Positions 29,148-40,851 of a DNA stretch of 64,000 bases are shown here, piece by piece. The notes under the pieces were generated by a model that ran no database searches, was not told the DNA's origin, and saw only the letters and a list, made by a program, of their open reading frames with translations. Each line of letters begins with the position of its first letter. The first letter of the stretch is position 1. The stretch is from an uncultured Planctomycetota bacterium (GTDB lineage Bacteria; Planctomycetota; Planctomycetia; Pirellulales; Lacipirellulaceae). Made by a program: the position numbers and the translations under genes. The DNA lies in the NCBI GenBank assembly GCA_963719315.1, contig CAVRBU010000011.1, positions 64,001 through 128,000 of the forward strand, in the 5' to 3' direction.

Positions 29148-29981
29148 ATGGACCACACACAACCGCTCCCGTTGGAATTCTGGGGGCTGGATCGCTGGCC
29201 ATTCCGTGGCTCCCGCGCCGCCGGCCAATTCTATCCGACCGCCGGCCACAACGAAGCGCTCGCCCGAATCGAATACTTGGTTGCGAGCCGCCGCCGGCTC
29301 GGCGCCCTTCTCGGCGAGCCCGGCGTTGGCAAGTCGCTCGTCCTGAGGCTGGCCGCAGAACAGTTGGCCCGCAAAGGCGCCGCCGCCGTCGTGGTCGATG
29401 CACTCGGAGCGTCGACGCGCGAAGTTCTTTGGCATATCGCCTGCGGCCTGCGGACCGCCCCGCGCGAGGATGCCGACGTCAGTTGGCTGTGGCGGCAGAT
29501 TGCCGATCGGGTCGTCGAAAATCGGATGCAGCAAGTCGCAACGGTCGTGCTGGTCGACGACGCTGGCCAGGCCGGCCCGGACCTCATGACACAATTCGTG
29601 CGCCTGACGCGACTCGACGCCACGCCGGACGCCCGCTGGACACTGGTGCTTGCCGCCGAACCCGCCCAGGCGGCGCGGTGGAGCGAATCGCTTCGCTCCG
29701 CCGTCGACTTGCGAATCGAGCTCGCGCCGTGGGCGGCCGAAGACACGGTGGGTTACGTGCAAACCGCGCTCGTCGAAGCCGGCCGCATGGAACCCCTCTT
29801 CAACGATGATTCGCTGCGAGCGCTGCACGAGCTGTCGGCCGGCGTTCCGAGGCAAGTGGCGCGGTTGGCCGACTATGCCCTGCTCGGTGGCGCGGCGGCG
29901 AAGGTCGACGGGATCGACGCGGCGCTCATCGAAGCGGCGTATGATGAAATCGCGTGGCCCTCGTTGGTGACGGCGTATTAG
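29148..29981 (+). CDS. ExeA-like AAA ATPase
   Basis: GEPGVGKS Walker A, VLVDDA Walker B, SAGVPR. Confidence 0.85.
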   Translation: MDHTQPLPLEFWGLDRWPFRGSRAAGQFYPTAGHNEALARIEYLVASRRRLGALLGEPGVGKSLVLRLAAEQLARKGAAAVVVDALGASTREVLWHIACGLRTAPREDADVSWLWRQIADRVVENRMQQVATVVLVDDAGQAGPDLMTQFVRLTRLDATPDARWTLVLAAEPAQAARWSESLRSAVDLRIELAPWAAEDTVGYVQTALVEAGRMEPLFNDDSLRALHELSAGVPRQVARLADYALLGGAAAKVDGIDAALIEAAYDEIAWPSLVTAY

Positions 29982-30008
29982 GGGGCCCGGCGATGCGTAG
30001 CATCGCGG

Positions 30009-31607
30009 CTATTCCGGCTGACTTGCGACATTACGCAAATCAGCGATTTTCTCACGCAGGAATGCCGCTTGCTTCTTTAGTTCGTTGCGATCGATTTCTA
30101 CACGTTTAAGTATCTTCTCGCTCGACGAATGAATCGTCTCCGCAAACTTTTGAACTTCGTCTAAGTTTCCGGCGCGTTTTTCAATCTCATTGATTGATTT
30201 GTCGATTGCATTGAAGTCTGCTGTCGCATTTTCGTTTAACCGTGATTGGCGGACGCATAGCCCGCGCGCAATATCGAATGCCGACGAAAGATGAATGTCT
30301 GTTGCGGGATCCTCGGCGTCCCAAATAACAAAAATGTCACATCCGATGCGAGAAATCGAACGAAGGTGGATCGGAGCGGTTTTCTTCGAATACACAAACA
30401 CCCCAATTTGCGCCTGACGATTCTTTCGGGCTATTTCAATTTCTACGCGAGCTTTGTCCAAGGCATAGCCTTCACGTTCTTTGGCCTCAAATACAATTTT
30501 TGCGTGTGGTGCTGCACTCTCTGGCCCTAATTCAACTACAACGTCGCCGACAACTCTGCCCTTCATCTGGCCGGTCTTAGAACCTGTATGCTCGGCGATA
30601 TCTCCGAGTTCATTTGCTTGCCTTAATATCAATTGTAGAACTGCATCCTCAAACTTTATTCCATGTCTTGGGGTTCCAGCTTCGATTTCGCGCGTTGTGG
30701 TCAGTTTTTGAAGAGCTAGCTTTACTTCCTCTTGAAACTCAGCATTAGTTTTGACGTGTGCTTCGAGTACCGTCATCATTTCGCGCTTTAACTTCGACAA
30801 GCAGGATGTATCGTTATCCAGCGAGAATTCGTTCGTGATCGTGCGCTGGGCTTGCGTCACGTTCTGCACGAGTCGGCTTAGTGCCGAGCCCTCCTCGTTC
30901 AACGAGAACTCTTTGATCACCGAGTCGATTTTGGTTTGTAGCGCCTTACCAACGTCGCCGTGGTTCGCGGTGAGCTCGCTCAGCAGCCGGGCCAGAGCGC
31001 TCTCCTTATTGTCGAGCGAAAATTCTTTAAGAACGCTATCTCGATGCTGACCTAACTGATGTTCGAATGAACCTCGGAGAGTGGCGATTAATCCTTCTGA
31101 CTGTTTTGGATCGAGATGCTTCATCAACGGTGAAATTTGCTTCACGATCGTTCGAGCCAACTGAGAATTCTCTCCGTCAATGAAACCTTTGATTAAGGCG
31201 GCGAGCTCCCCGTCCTGAGCAACAAGCCTCTGAACCCGACTTTCAAATCGTCCATCTTTCGGATCGAAATAGTCCTTCAACTTAACTTCAATTTGTTCCT
31301 GTACAGCGTTCTTATGCTGATCAAATGTCTTTTGAAGGCCGTTCACAACACGATCACCTTCGCGACGAATTGCATCAGCGCTTATCTGCCCGCCTACATG
31401 GCGTAAGGCGAGAATTCCAATCTTTATTGCTTCCACAGCGTATTGATTGCGGGCGTCGCCTTCGGGGTATTCGACGAGCGCTCGAATGATCTCGGGATCG
31501 TCGATCAGCAGTTCCAACGGCAATTGGATGGGCAGATCGCCGTCGGCATTGTCGACGGTGTGGCTGCCGTTCGTCATTGGCGACCTGCGCTCAACCGTGG
31601 CGGACAT
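30009..31607 (-). CDS. Coiled-coil protein with C-terminal PD-(D/E)xK-like domain (RmuC/DUF2130-like)
   Basis: Long heptad-rich region then G.KFE...GDVVV...IVFEAK; lower GC than flanks. Confidence 0.6.
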   Translation of the reverse strand: MSATVERRSPMTNGSHTVDNADGDLPIQLPLELLIDDPEIIRALVEYPEGDARNQYAVEAIKIGILALRHVGGQISADAIRREGDRVVNGLQKTFDQHKNAVQEQIEVKLKDYFDPKDGRFESRVQRLVAQDGELAALIKGFIDGENSQLARTIVKQISPLMKHLDPKQSEGLIATLRGSFEHQLGQHRDSVLKEFSLDNKESALARLLSELTANHGDVGKALQTKIDSVIKEFSLNEEGSALSRLVQNVTQAQRTITNEFSLDNDTSCLSKLKREMMTVLEAHVKTNAEFQEEVKLALQKLTTTREIEAGTPRHGIKFEDAVLQLILRQANELGDIAEHTGSKTGQMKGRVVGDVVVELGPESAAPHAKIVFEAKEREGYALDKARVEIEIARKNRQAQIGVFVYSKKTAPIHLRSISRIGCDIFVIWDAEDPATDIHLSSAFDIARGLCVRQSRLNENATADFNAIDKSINEIEKRAGNLDEVQKFAETIHSSSEKILKRVEIDRNELKKQAAFLREKIADLRNVASQPE

Positions 31608-31661
31608 TTCGAGGTTTCCTTTCCTATTCGCGACCGGGGTGCGGCATTCCACAAAGTCTTG

Positions 31662-31747
31662 GTAGGTCCCTTCTGCCGGAAGGGACCTTAGCGAATTCAC
31701 AAGGTTGCAAAGCAGGCGCAGGTTCCGTTCGGCAGGCGGGACCGGCA
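31662..31747. repeat. GTAG REP doublet (GTAGGTCCCTTCTGCCGGAAGGGACCT family)
   Basis: Left arm is the exact reverse complement of 40766-40792. Confidence 0.8.
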
Positions 31748-31902
31748 GTGCTGTACATCCGTCAATATCGCGGCTCGACGCGCGGGGGGCAAGCGGCGAG
31801 ATGGGATAGACGTGATTGAGGGAGTTAATAATCGTTTTGGGTGGTACATGGGCATTGGACGGGCTGCGGTCGCAGCCGCGTTGCCGCGGCCGCTAGCGTA
31901 GG

Positions 31903-34900
31903 TTACACTGCATCGTCCGCAATTTGGTGCTGCCATTCGTCCCACGTTAGGCTGACTTGCCGGATGCGGCGGGGGGCGTCATCGGCGTCCTGGTGCCGGC
32001 GGCGGCAGCGGACCATCGAAACCTCTTCCTCCAACGCTGCCAGCCAATCGGGCAGGTCGAGACCGGCCCCGGCCGGCTCCTGCGCCAGGCTGGCGATTTC
32101 CAGTTGCAGCGCGGCGATCGGTTCGCGGTTCTCGGTGTCGGCAGCGGCTACGGCTGGGCCAACCAGCGCCCGTACCCGGTCGATCGCCAGCGGTCGCGTG
32201 AACCGCTCGCCAAGCCGCTCCGCGATGCTTGGCAGCCGCACGCTGTATTGATTGCACAATTCTTCGAAGCGGGCCAAATTCGCGTCCGCCGTTTCCGACG
32301 TCCGTTCGGCCAGCGCCTGCTGCCACATCTCGGCTGCCGCCGGTCGATTCTGCCGCACCAGAATCTCGTGCGCCATCACCACGGGCCGCAGGTTCCACGC
32401 CACACGATCGTAGCTGGCCCGCAACCGCAAGAAATCGATCAGCGTGTACAGCAGCTCGCCGTGGTCGGAGTGCGTCGTCGTGGTGTTATAGTCGCGATAT
32501 TCACGATAGTTCTCGACGACCGCCTCGATCGCCAGCGAAAGCCACTTGGCCGCTTCGTCGCGCGGGATGCCCTCCCCCAGTTCGGTGATCAGCCGAATCT
32601 CGGGCGCGTCATCGGCATGCTCCAGGTTCGACAACCACACGCCTGTGTGCTGGTGCAAGATCGCGCGGAGATTGCCGAGATTCAAAAACTTCTGCGTGAA
32701 CAGGTCGGCGCCATAGCGTTCAATGAACGCGACAAACGCTTGCCACTCGTTGTCGAGCGTAAGGCGTTCGACGACGCTGAGCCGCAGCGTTTTGCTGTGC
32801 GCCAGCCAGCGATTGAGTTGTGTTTCGGTCAGGTCCTGCAACGCCTCGATGAGCATCGCGTCGGACGGCCGCGACGATTGCAGCGAGCCGCGTCCGCCGG
32901 CCCGCTCTTCGTCCCAATTCTCGGCCGAAGCGACGAGTGCCCGCACGATGGCCTGGTAGCCGCCCGTGAACAGGCGGTCGTATTCGGTCACGGCGCCCGG
33001 CCCGACCGGGTGATCGGCTTCCATCGCTTGGGCCACGTCCAGTAATTGGCAAGTTTCGCGAACCAGGCCCAACCGCGGCAACCAACAGAGCAGGTCGTCC
33101 AACAGTTGACCGAGCGTGCGGGCCCGCACGATCCTCCGCGGCCGCCCCCCTTTGCCGAGCGGCACGTACAGCAGCTCTTGAGCCGAAAGCCACTTGATGA
33201 ATTTGGGCCAATGCTGCGCAACGGCCGCGGCGTCGCCGGAAAGCAATCCGCGAAGCACGCCGACAGTCGAGCCGTCACCCGCGTCGCACGATTGACCATC
33301 GCCCGCTGGCTTCTCGGCGCAAGTCGAAGTCGCCAGGATCAGTCGGCCGGCACTCGCCGTCTCGACGCACGTTGTGATGATGTGCTCGAGCAGCGAATCC
33401 TTGATCATTCGTTGGCGGTCGAACTCGACCATCGAGTCGTGCGAGCCGCCGGGTTGCGGAATAGAGTAGTGGTGAACGGCCTCGGCCAGTTCCAAGAGTT
33501 TGTCGCGCCGCGACATCGCCTGCCGACACCAGTTTTCCAAAAGCTCGCGCCGCTCGGCGTCGTGGGCGTCCATCTTCCAGGCCACGGCGATCTGCCGCCA
33601 GAGTCGCGCTGTCGTCGAAAGAAATTCCAACCGCTGCCCAAGTCGTTGGGCCTCTTCTTCTAATTCGAACTCGGTGCCGTCGGTATATTCGTCGATGATG
33701 TCGGCGTCGAAGCCGTCGTCGGTGCTATCGCGGTAGACCATGTCTTCGTACGCGGCGCCGTACAGCTCATCGGTCTCGCTGTTATCCCAGGGTTCGCCGT
33801 CCTCGCCTTCATCGCCGTCCTCTTCGATTTCGCCCGCCAACGCGGCATCGCCGGCGTCGAACAAATCGTCGGCAAGCTCCTCATCGTCCACATCGTCATC
33901 AAAGGAGTCGTCTTCGTCGTCTTCGTCGATCCCGGCTTCGCCGCCCAACTCGAATTCAGGTACCTGCCAATAAATCTCGGCACTGGCTTCCAGATGCTGG
34001 ACAAACTTGGCTACCAGCGGCCATTGGTCGCTACCACTAGCGTTTTCGTACTCCTCAACCGTCCGTAACCAGCGAAGGGCCAGCGGATGGAACGAGGCGT
34101 CGCCATCTTCGAGCGGCGTGTATTCCACCTGGCTGACCCACTGCAACATGAGCGCCATCGAGGCCACGCGGTCTCCACGCTCCAGCAGGGCTTCGATCAC
34201 GAGCTGAAACGCCTTGGGCGAATCGAATTGATCGACAAACAGCCGCCAGAATTTCACGTCGCCCGCGGCGGCGCCGGCTTTGTGCCAGGCGGCCAGCGCA
34301 CCGGCAACCAGATTGGTGGAGATCTGGATTTCCTTGCCCACCAATCGTTTCATGCCGCCCACATCCGCCGTGGCGTATTTGTCCCACCAACTGGCCAGGC
34401 GGCCCAACGCGTCGCTGAACTCGGTCTCGCGCTTCGCATCATCGAGCGCCGCCGCTTCGGTCCAGGCCCGGGCGCACAGGTCGAGAATCTGCTCGACCAG
34501 GTCGATGAGATCGTCCACGCGGAAGTCGTGCACGGTGTTTTCGAGCGCGGGGAACAAGCTGAAGTTGCCGCCGAAACCAATGATGTTCCAGGGATCGACC
34601 AGCGCGCCACATTCGATACCGCGCTGCAGCAGGTCTTCAATCTCCGGCAAATAACGCGCGACCGCATCGAGCTGATGGGCGTCGATCGCCTGGTGTCCAG
34701 CCGAAAGCAGGCAATAAATCTGGCACAACATGCGAGCTGCGGCGATTCGCACGCCGTTCGCCTCCGCCAAGGCCGCATCGGGATAGCCCATCCGGGCGTA
34801 TAGCTGCGCAAGGTGGACGTGCTGCATTTGAATCGCCCGCCGGCGAGCCAGCTCGTGATTCAAATGCTGCCGCGCGCCGCCGAACGGTTGCCGTGTGCGC

Positions 34901-35984
34901 TGCGATTCGGCCCGAAGCCGATCGCCGTGTGGGCCGGTCGTGCGCGCGAGTAGTTCTTCATAAAACTGATCGCGATAGGATGCAATGTGCGGCAACAAGT
35001 TCGACAGCGTCACGTCCGAGTTGTGGCAACTGGGGCCGTTGCCCGTCGTGCCCGAGGCCATCAGGATCGTGCCGGCCAGCACTGCCGCCGCTTCGAACAT
35101 CATCTCCTCGCGCGTTTCGGCCGTCGCCGTGTCGTCGCATGCACCGTTCGTCGGCGCATTGAGCCGCGTAAGCAACGCGTCGAGCGTCATCTGCTGCAGC
35201 ACGAAGCGGCGATAGAATCCGCGATTGTCGACGTGATTCAGGTCCCACTGGCCGAAGTGATGATTGGGCCGCTTGCTGGCCGGGTGATCGAAGTCGTACG
35301 TCCGCGGATCGAGAGCGAGCTCTTCGACGAGCTCCGGATCGAACCACGCTTGCTGACGGATATCGGGATCGGTCTCCGCCAGAATCTTGAGGGCCCGCTC
35401 GAGCAATTCGCGGTACACGCCGGGCGCCACTCCCACATCCTTGATGTACAGCGGCACCGGCCGCACCCGCTCGTGCGCGTAGGGCTCCATGTGTCGATCC
35501 GATTCGAGCACGGCCACTGGCCGGTAGCCGATGTAATCGTTGAGCGATTCCAGTGTGCGATCGACGATGCGTTGGGTATCTGTCCAAGGCGGGCCCTGCG
35601 CAAGATGACCTCCAGCGCCCGGCCGATGAACAGCGGCCGCCACAACTCGCGGTCCGATTGATGCCACAACAGGTCGCGGTGAAACGCCCGATATGCGGGC
35701 AGCACGTGATCGCGCAACAATTTGACCACCGCCCGCGCTTGGCTCACATCAGCGAATGCCGGGGAATTGGCCGAGAGATCGCACATCCGCGCCAGCAGCC
35801 AATCGCATAGAACGACGTGGGGCTGTTGGGCGGCGTCGCACGGCTTCTCGATCGCCCCGAACAGGGCGTCGATCGTGCGGAGGAATTTCGGATCGGAAGC
35901 CCCACTGGAAAAATTGAGGTATCCGACCGCCTCTTCCAGCAGCGCAAGCTCTTTTTTAGCAGGTTTTGGAGATGGCGTGATCAT
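31903..35984 (-). CDS. Large hypothetical protein (about 1360 aa) with central acidic tract (frameshift near 35600)
   Basis: ORFs 35238-35984 and 31903-35667 join; host-like codon usage. Confidence 0.75.
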
Positions 35985-36248
35985 CGCAATGGAGCTGGCT
36001 TAGAACAGAGATCAGCCATTTGCCGGCAAGCCGCACCCAATTCCAAACGCATTTTTGCACGTTTTATATCTGCTGTGTAATGTAAAGGATGGCGGAGCGA
36101 ACGGTCTATGGGGTGAAAATGGACCAGCCCCACAGGCGGCGCTGCGAGCATATCGCTTATGTTGTTGCATGGCGACGCTCCGGCGCGTCATGTCTACAAT
36201 TTAGCGGACGCCCTTGACACGCTGAACAACGAACGAGTTTCGAATGTC

Positions 36249-36310
36249 GGTGCCACTGGCTCTGCCAGTGCTTGGGATCACTTGCTGCACTGACAGAGCC
36301 AGTGGCACAC
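36249..36310. repeat. REP doublet (GTGCCACTGGCTCTGCCAGTG family)
   Basis: GTGCCACTGGCTCTGCCAGTGC ... GCACTGACAGAGCCAGTGGCAC. Confidence 0.85.
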
Positions 36311-36351
36311 AAGTTCTGCAACTGCGCGATATTCGAAAACGGAAAGCAGAG

Positions 36352-37686
36352 ATGGGTTACTCATCCATGAAAACCTATTCGAGCCCGATCGCGAAGCGAC
36401 GCTGGCTGGCCACGGCGGCAACCGCCGCTGCTTTTTGTTTGTGTGCAATCGCGCCCTGCTTCGCCGAGCGCCTTGGTAGCCGACTCACTTCCCAAGAGGA
36501 ATTGCGAAACCTCGGCCTGACGCGCGCCTGGTTCGCGCAAGCGCAACTGGATGTCGCCCGCAACCACATCGAGCGGGCCGTGATAACGGGCGATCGACTG
36601 ACCGTGCTCACCAGCGCCGGCGTGATGCAGGAATTCAACGCTGAGACCGGCGAAACCCTGTGGACGGCCCCCATCGGCAACGAGAGTTATCCCAGCTTGG
36701 GACCGACGGCAAACGATCAATACGTGGCGCTCGTCAACGGCTCGACCCTCTACATACTCGATCGCGCGGACGGCCGACCCGCAATGATTATCAGCTTGAG
36801 CGGCGCGCCCGGCGCGGCGCCGGCGCTGGCCGAGAAGTATGTCTTCGTGCCGCTCGTCAAAGGGCGCATGGAAGGCTATCCGCTTTCGATGGATAATAAA
36901 GTGAAACCCTGGTTCTATCAATCGTCCGGACGCACGATGGTGGCGCCGCTGGCCACGCCCGAAAGCATTGTGTGGACCAACAACCTGGGAAATCTGTACG
37001 TCGGCAACAGCCAAAAACCCGCCATGCGTTACCGACTAGAAATGGGGGGCGATATCGTGGCCTCGCCCGCCTACGCGAAGCCCTTCGTGTACGTCGCCGG
37101 CATTTCGGGAGAAGTGTTCGCGATGCACGAGCTGACGGGCGATCGGCACTGGAAGTATGCGACCGGCTTCCCGATCGTACGCTCGCCTGCCACGGTCGCG
37201 AACCGCGTGTTCGTGACGACCGATGAGCCGGCGCTGCACTGCGTCGACGCCGTGACCGGCAACGCGTTTTGGCATGTCCCGCATGTAAAGCAGTTCTCCG
37301 CGGCCAGCAAAACGCGAGTCTACGGCGTGGACGACCTCGGTGGGCTCGTCGTGCTCGACGGCGCCAAGGGCGCGCTCGTCGGCCGCATCGCCGCCGACTT
37401 CCCCATCAAATCGCTCGTCAATGACCAAACGGATCGCGTGTTTCTGGTTTCAGACGACGGCCTGATCGAATGCCTGCATGAAACAGCAGCGAAGCAGCCG
37501 CTCCATCACATCCTGAAGCCGACTTCGGGCGAGAAACCGGCGACGCCGGCTGAGACGCCTGCTGCGAAACCCGCGCCGGCCGCGAAGAAACCGGACCAAC
37601 CGCCGGCCGCCGCGAAGCCTGCCCCACCCGAAAAGCCCGCCGGCGACTTCGGCGTGAAAGACAGCGACAACCCCTTCGGCAACTAG
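36352..37686 (+). CDS. PQQ-like beta-propeller repeat protein (secreted)
   Basis: Repeated TGxxxW motifs; signal peptide; Pro/Ala-rich tail. Confidence 0.85.
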   Translation: MGYSSMKTYSSPIAKRRWLATAATAAAFCLCAIAPCFAERLGSRLTSQEELRNLGLTRAWFAQAQLDVARNHIERAVITGDRLTVLTSAGVMQEFNAETGETLWTAPIGNESYPSLGPTANDQYVALVNGSTLYILDRADGRPAMIISLSGAPGAAPALAEKYVFVPLVKGRMEGYPLSMDNKVKPWFYQSSGRTMVAPLATPESIVWTNNLGNLYVGNSQKPAMRYRLEMGGDIVASPAYAKPFVYVAGISGEVFAMHELTGDRHWKYATGFPIVRSPATVANRVFVTTDEPALHCVDAVTGNAFWHVPHVKQFSAASKTRVYGVDDLGGLVVLDGAKGALVGRIAADFPIKSLVNDQTDRVFLVSDDGLIECLHETAAKQPLHHILKPTSGEKPATPAETPAAKPAPAAKKPDQPPAAAKPAPPEKPAGDFGVKDSDNPFGN

Positions 37687-37789
37687 CGCGTCCTTCGATT
37701 TCTTCAATCGCGTCGCCAATCCTTCCGCACGGCCGACGAATGGCGCTATAATACTCGCCATTGAGCCATGACCGGGAGGGATCTGCCAG

Positions 37790-38410
37790 ATGAATTGCAC
37801 ACAATGCGGCGCGGTAGTGCCGGCCAGCGCGGCGTTCTGTTCGCAATGCGGAGCGTCGTTGAAATCCGGAAAGGCCCGCCTGCAGGCTCAAGCCGCTCGC
37901 GGCGTTGCCCCCGACACGCCCGAGGAAGAGTTGTGGACCGGCTCGTATTCGCCCAAGGCAATGACCGGACCATTCGTCGGCGCCGCGCTGCTGACCGTGA
38001 TAGCGATGATCGGCGCCTCCTTCGCCGGGCCGGTGGGATGGATTGTCGTTGTTGTCGGCGCGTTGCTTCTGTTCGGCTACCTCGGCTGCCTGCTGGCGTA
38101 TCGACGAATGAGCATCCGCTATCGGCTGACCACGCAGCGGCTACTTCGCGATAAGGGCGTATTAACCCGCACCGGCGATCACTTGCTCGTGGTCAACATC
38201 GACAACGTCACCGTGCACCAGGGCTTGTTCGAGCGAATGTTCAACGTCGGCACGATCGTGCTCAACACCAAGGACAAGACTACCGAAGGCGAATCCGAGG
38301 GCGTTCTCACGATGAGCGGCATCGAAGAACCCCGCCACCTCGCCGATCTGATCGACGAAGTCCGCCGCACCGAACGCAACCGCCGCGGTTTGTATACGAT
38401 GGATGCGTAA
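37790..38410 (+). CDS. Zinc-ribbon plus bacterial PH-domain membrane protein
   Basis: CTQC..CSQC, two TM helices, YRLTTQRL...QGLFERMFNVGTI. Confidence 0.8.
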   Translation: MNCTQCGAVVPASAAFCSQCGASLKSGKARLQAQAARGVAPDTPEEELWTGSYSPKAMTGPFVGAALLTVIAMIGASFAGPVGWIVVVVGALLLFGYLGCLLAYRRMSIRYRLTTQRLLRDKGVLTRTGDHLLVVNIDNVTVHQGLFERMFNVGTIVLNTKDKTTEGESEGVLTMSGIEEPRHLADLIDEVRRTERNRRGLYTMDA

Positions 38411-38427
38411 ATCATCATACTGTTCCC

Positions 38428-38985
38428 ATGCCACACCCTTCCCCGCAAGTCGTGAGTGATCAAAAACGGTGGCGGAGAATCTACGCCGCATCGATTGTGA
38501 TTGCAATTAGCACGGTCGCTTTTCACGTTCACAGCTACTGGTGGAGTGAATCAATCACCCTGTGCAACGTCACATTGACTGTTGATGAAGGCCTCGTCTC
38601 GCTTAATGTGCCATTGGTACGTTTAGCCGCCGATAAATCGCCCAGGTCGGAAATCATGATTTACAAGCGTGATCCGATCACGTGGACCGCCGGTCTAGCG
38701 GGCAAGACTCCGCTCAGGAGTTGGATGTCGCGCCTGAACGTGGCCCGTGTCAAAGGCGCAATGTTTTTCGACTTTGGCTATTGGAAAGGGGCCTGGCAAT
38801 CTCAATCAAGGCCCGGGCCATTTGTGGTTGCTTTTGTCCCCGTTTGGCTGATAGGTCTAATGATGTTCGGTATCTTTTTGGCTTTTGATTTCGGTTTCGT
38901 TCGGTTCCGGCTTCGCACGATATTGATTGCAATGACGCTCGCCGCCGGCCTTCTGTACCTTGCGACATTGCGGTCGCGAACCTGA
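38428..38985 (+). CDS. Hypothetical membrane protein
   Basis: TM segments and a planctomycete-type RFRLRTILIAMT tail. Confidence 0.6.
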   Translation: MPHPSPQVVSDQKRWRRIYAASIVIAISTVAFHVHSYWWSESITLCNVTLTVDEGLVSLNVPLVRLAADKSPRSEIMIYKRDPITWTAGLAGKTPLRSWMSRLNVARVKGAMFFDFGYWKGAWQSQSRPGPFVVAFVPVWLIGLMMFGIFLAFDFGFVRFRLRTILIAMTLAAGLLYLATLRSRT

Positions 38986-39121
38986 CTGATATTCTTACCA
39001 ACTTTCGACAAAACTCGAAGGTTGGCTAGCTTTGGGGCGTATACCAAACCCCGCCGCGCCGCCTTATAATCCGGGTTCTGGGTCCGGCTGGGGTTGCCTT
39101 CTTTCCATTTGGAGAATCGCC

Positions 39122-39715
39122 ATGAAGATTTGTCTGTTCGCCTCACTCGTTTTGTCGGGAGTGCTCGTTATGAATTCATCCGCAACGGCCAAGGAAACTC
39201 CGAAAGCCAAAGCAGCCGCGACATCTCCGTTGAACGAAGAGATGGAAACGCTCGACGGCAAGAAAGTGAACCTCGCCGAAAAGTACAAGGGCAAGGTCGT
39301 GCTGCTCGTGAACGTGGCCAGCCGGTGTGGCAACACGCCGCAATACAAGCCGCTCGAAGCGCTGCATGAAAAATATGGCAAGCAAGGGCTGGCGATCGTC
39401 GGTGTGCCCTGCAACCAGTTCGGCAAGCAGGAGCCAGGCACGTCGGAGGAGATCTCCGAATTCTGCACCAAGAACTATGGCGTGAAATTCGACATGTTGG
39501 GCAAAGTCGATGTGAACGGCCCCGAAGCCGCCCCGCTCTACAAGTATCTCACATCTAAAAAGTCTGACCCCGATTATTCGGGCAAGATCACCTGGAACTT
39601 CGAAAAGTTCCTGTTCAACCGCGATGGCAAAGTCGTCGCCCGCTTCAAGCCGAAGACCCAGCCCGATTCGCCGGAAGTCGTGACGGCGATCGAAGCCGAG
39701 TTGGCGAAAAAGTAG
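39122..39715 (+). CDS. Glutathione peroxidase family protein (exported)
   Basis: NVASRCG, PCNQFGKQEPG and WNFEKF motifs. Confidence 0.95.
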   Translation: MKICLFASLVLSGVLVMNSSATAKETPKAKAAATSPLNEEMETLDGKKVNLAEKYKGKVVLLVNVASRCGNTPQYKPLEALHEKYGKQGLAIVGVPCNQFGKQEPGTSEEISEFCTKNYGVKFDMLGKVDVNGPEAAPLYKYLTSKKSDPDYSGKITWNFEKFLFNRDGKVVARFKPKTQPDSPEVVTAIEAELAKK

Positions 39716-39763
39716 GAATTGCGAATTGGCATTTTGCAATTTCCGAAGCATTCATTGGGAACG

Positions 39764-40715
39764 ATGAACAAATCGCTCGACTGCGTCGTGGTGGGCTCCT
39801 GCGTGGTCGACGTGCTCGTGCGCCCGGTGCCGCTGTCGGCGGCGATTGGCGGCGGTCGCCTGATTGAAAGCGAGCCACTGCTGCTCACGACGGGCGGCAT
39901 CGTTTCGAACTCCGGCATCACACTCGCGCGGCTCGGAATGCGCGTGGCTGCGTTCACCTACGTCGGCGACGACGCCTGGGCCAACGTCATCCGTCGCCGC
40001 TACGCCGCCGAGGGCATCGATGCCTCGGCCCTCGTCACGCACCCCACCGGCGCGACGAGCACCACGGCCGTGCTCATCGACCCCAGCGGCGAGCGGACGT
40101 TCGTCCATTGCGTCGGCGCACCGCGGATGCTCGACAAAGCGGCCATGTTGGCCCGGCTCGATTTGTTCGCCAAGAGCCGCGCAATGCTCATCGGCTATTA
40201 TCCGCTGATGACCCGGCTGCAGCCCGATCTGCCGGAAGTGCTCGCCGCGATTCGTGAAACGGGCTGCCTCACCGCGCTCGACGCCGCGGGCGACGGCGGC
40301 ACGATGGACCCGCTTGCAAAGATTCTGCCGCATGTGGATTTCTATTTGCCCAGCGAGGCCGAGGCCCGCCATCAAACGGGCCGCACGGAACCGCGGTCGA
40401 TCATCGCCGCTTACCGCGAAGCCGGCGCGAAGGGTTGGCTCGGCGTCAAGCTGGGCTCGAAGGGCGCACTCCTCAGCCCGCAGCCGGGTGAGTTCATCGA
40501 TGTCGCCGCCGCAAAACTGCCCGGCCCGATCGTCGACACCACCGGCGCGGGCGATGCCTTCATCGGCGGCGTGCTCGCCGGCGTCCTCCGCGGCTTGCCC
40601 CCCGCCGCCGCCGGTCGCCTCGGCGCCGCCGCCGGCGCCTGCTGCGTCACCGGCCTGGGCGCGACCACGGCCATCCGCGGCTATGATGAAACGTGCCCAG
40701 CTAGCGGGCCTGTAG
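39764..40715 (+). CDS. PfkB family carbohydrate kinase (likely frameshift near the 3' end)
   Basis: DTTGAGDAF signature; the shifted frame ends AQLAGL* at 40715. Confidence 0.85.
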
Positions 40716-40792
40716 GTCCCGCTTGCCGAGCGGGGCGTTGCCCTGCTCCGCAACGTCTGGCACGCAGGTCCCTTCCGGCAGAAGGGACCTAC
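40712..40792. repeat. GTAG REP doublet
   Basis: GTAGGTCCCGCTTGCCGAGCGGGGC ... AGGTCCCTTCCGGCAGAAGGGACCTAC. Confidence 0.8.
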
Positions 40793-40851
40793 GGGAAAAA
40801 CCGCCTACCGGCGGTGTCTTAATGTCGAACACCTGGCCTTGCGAGCCGCGC

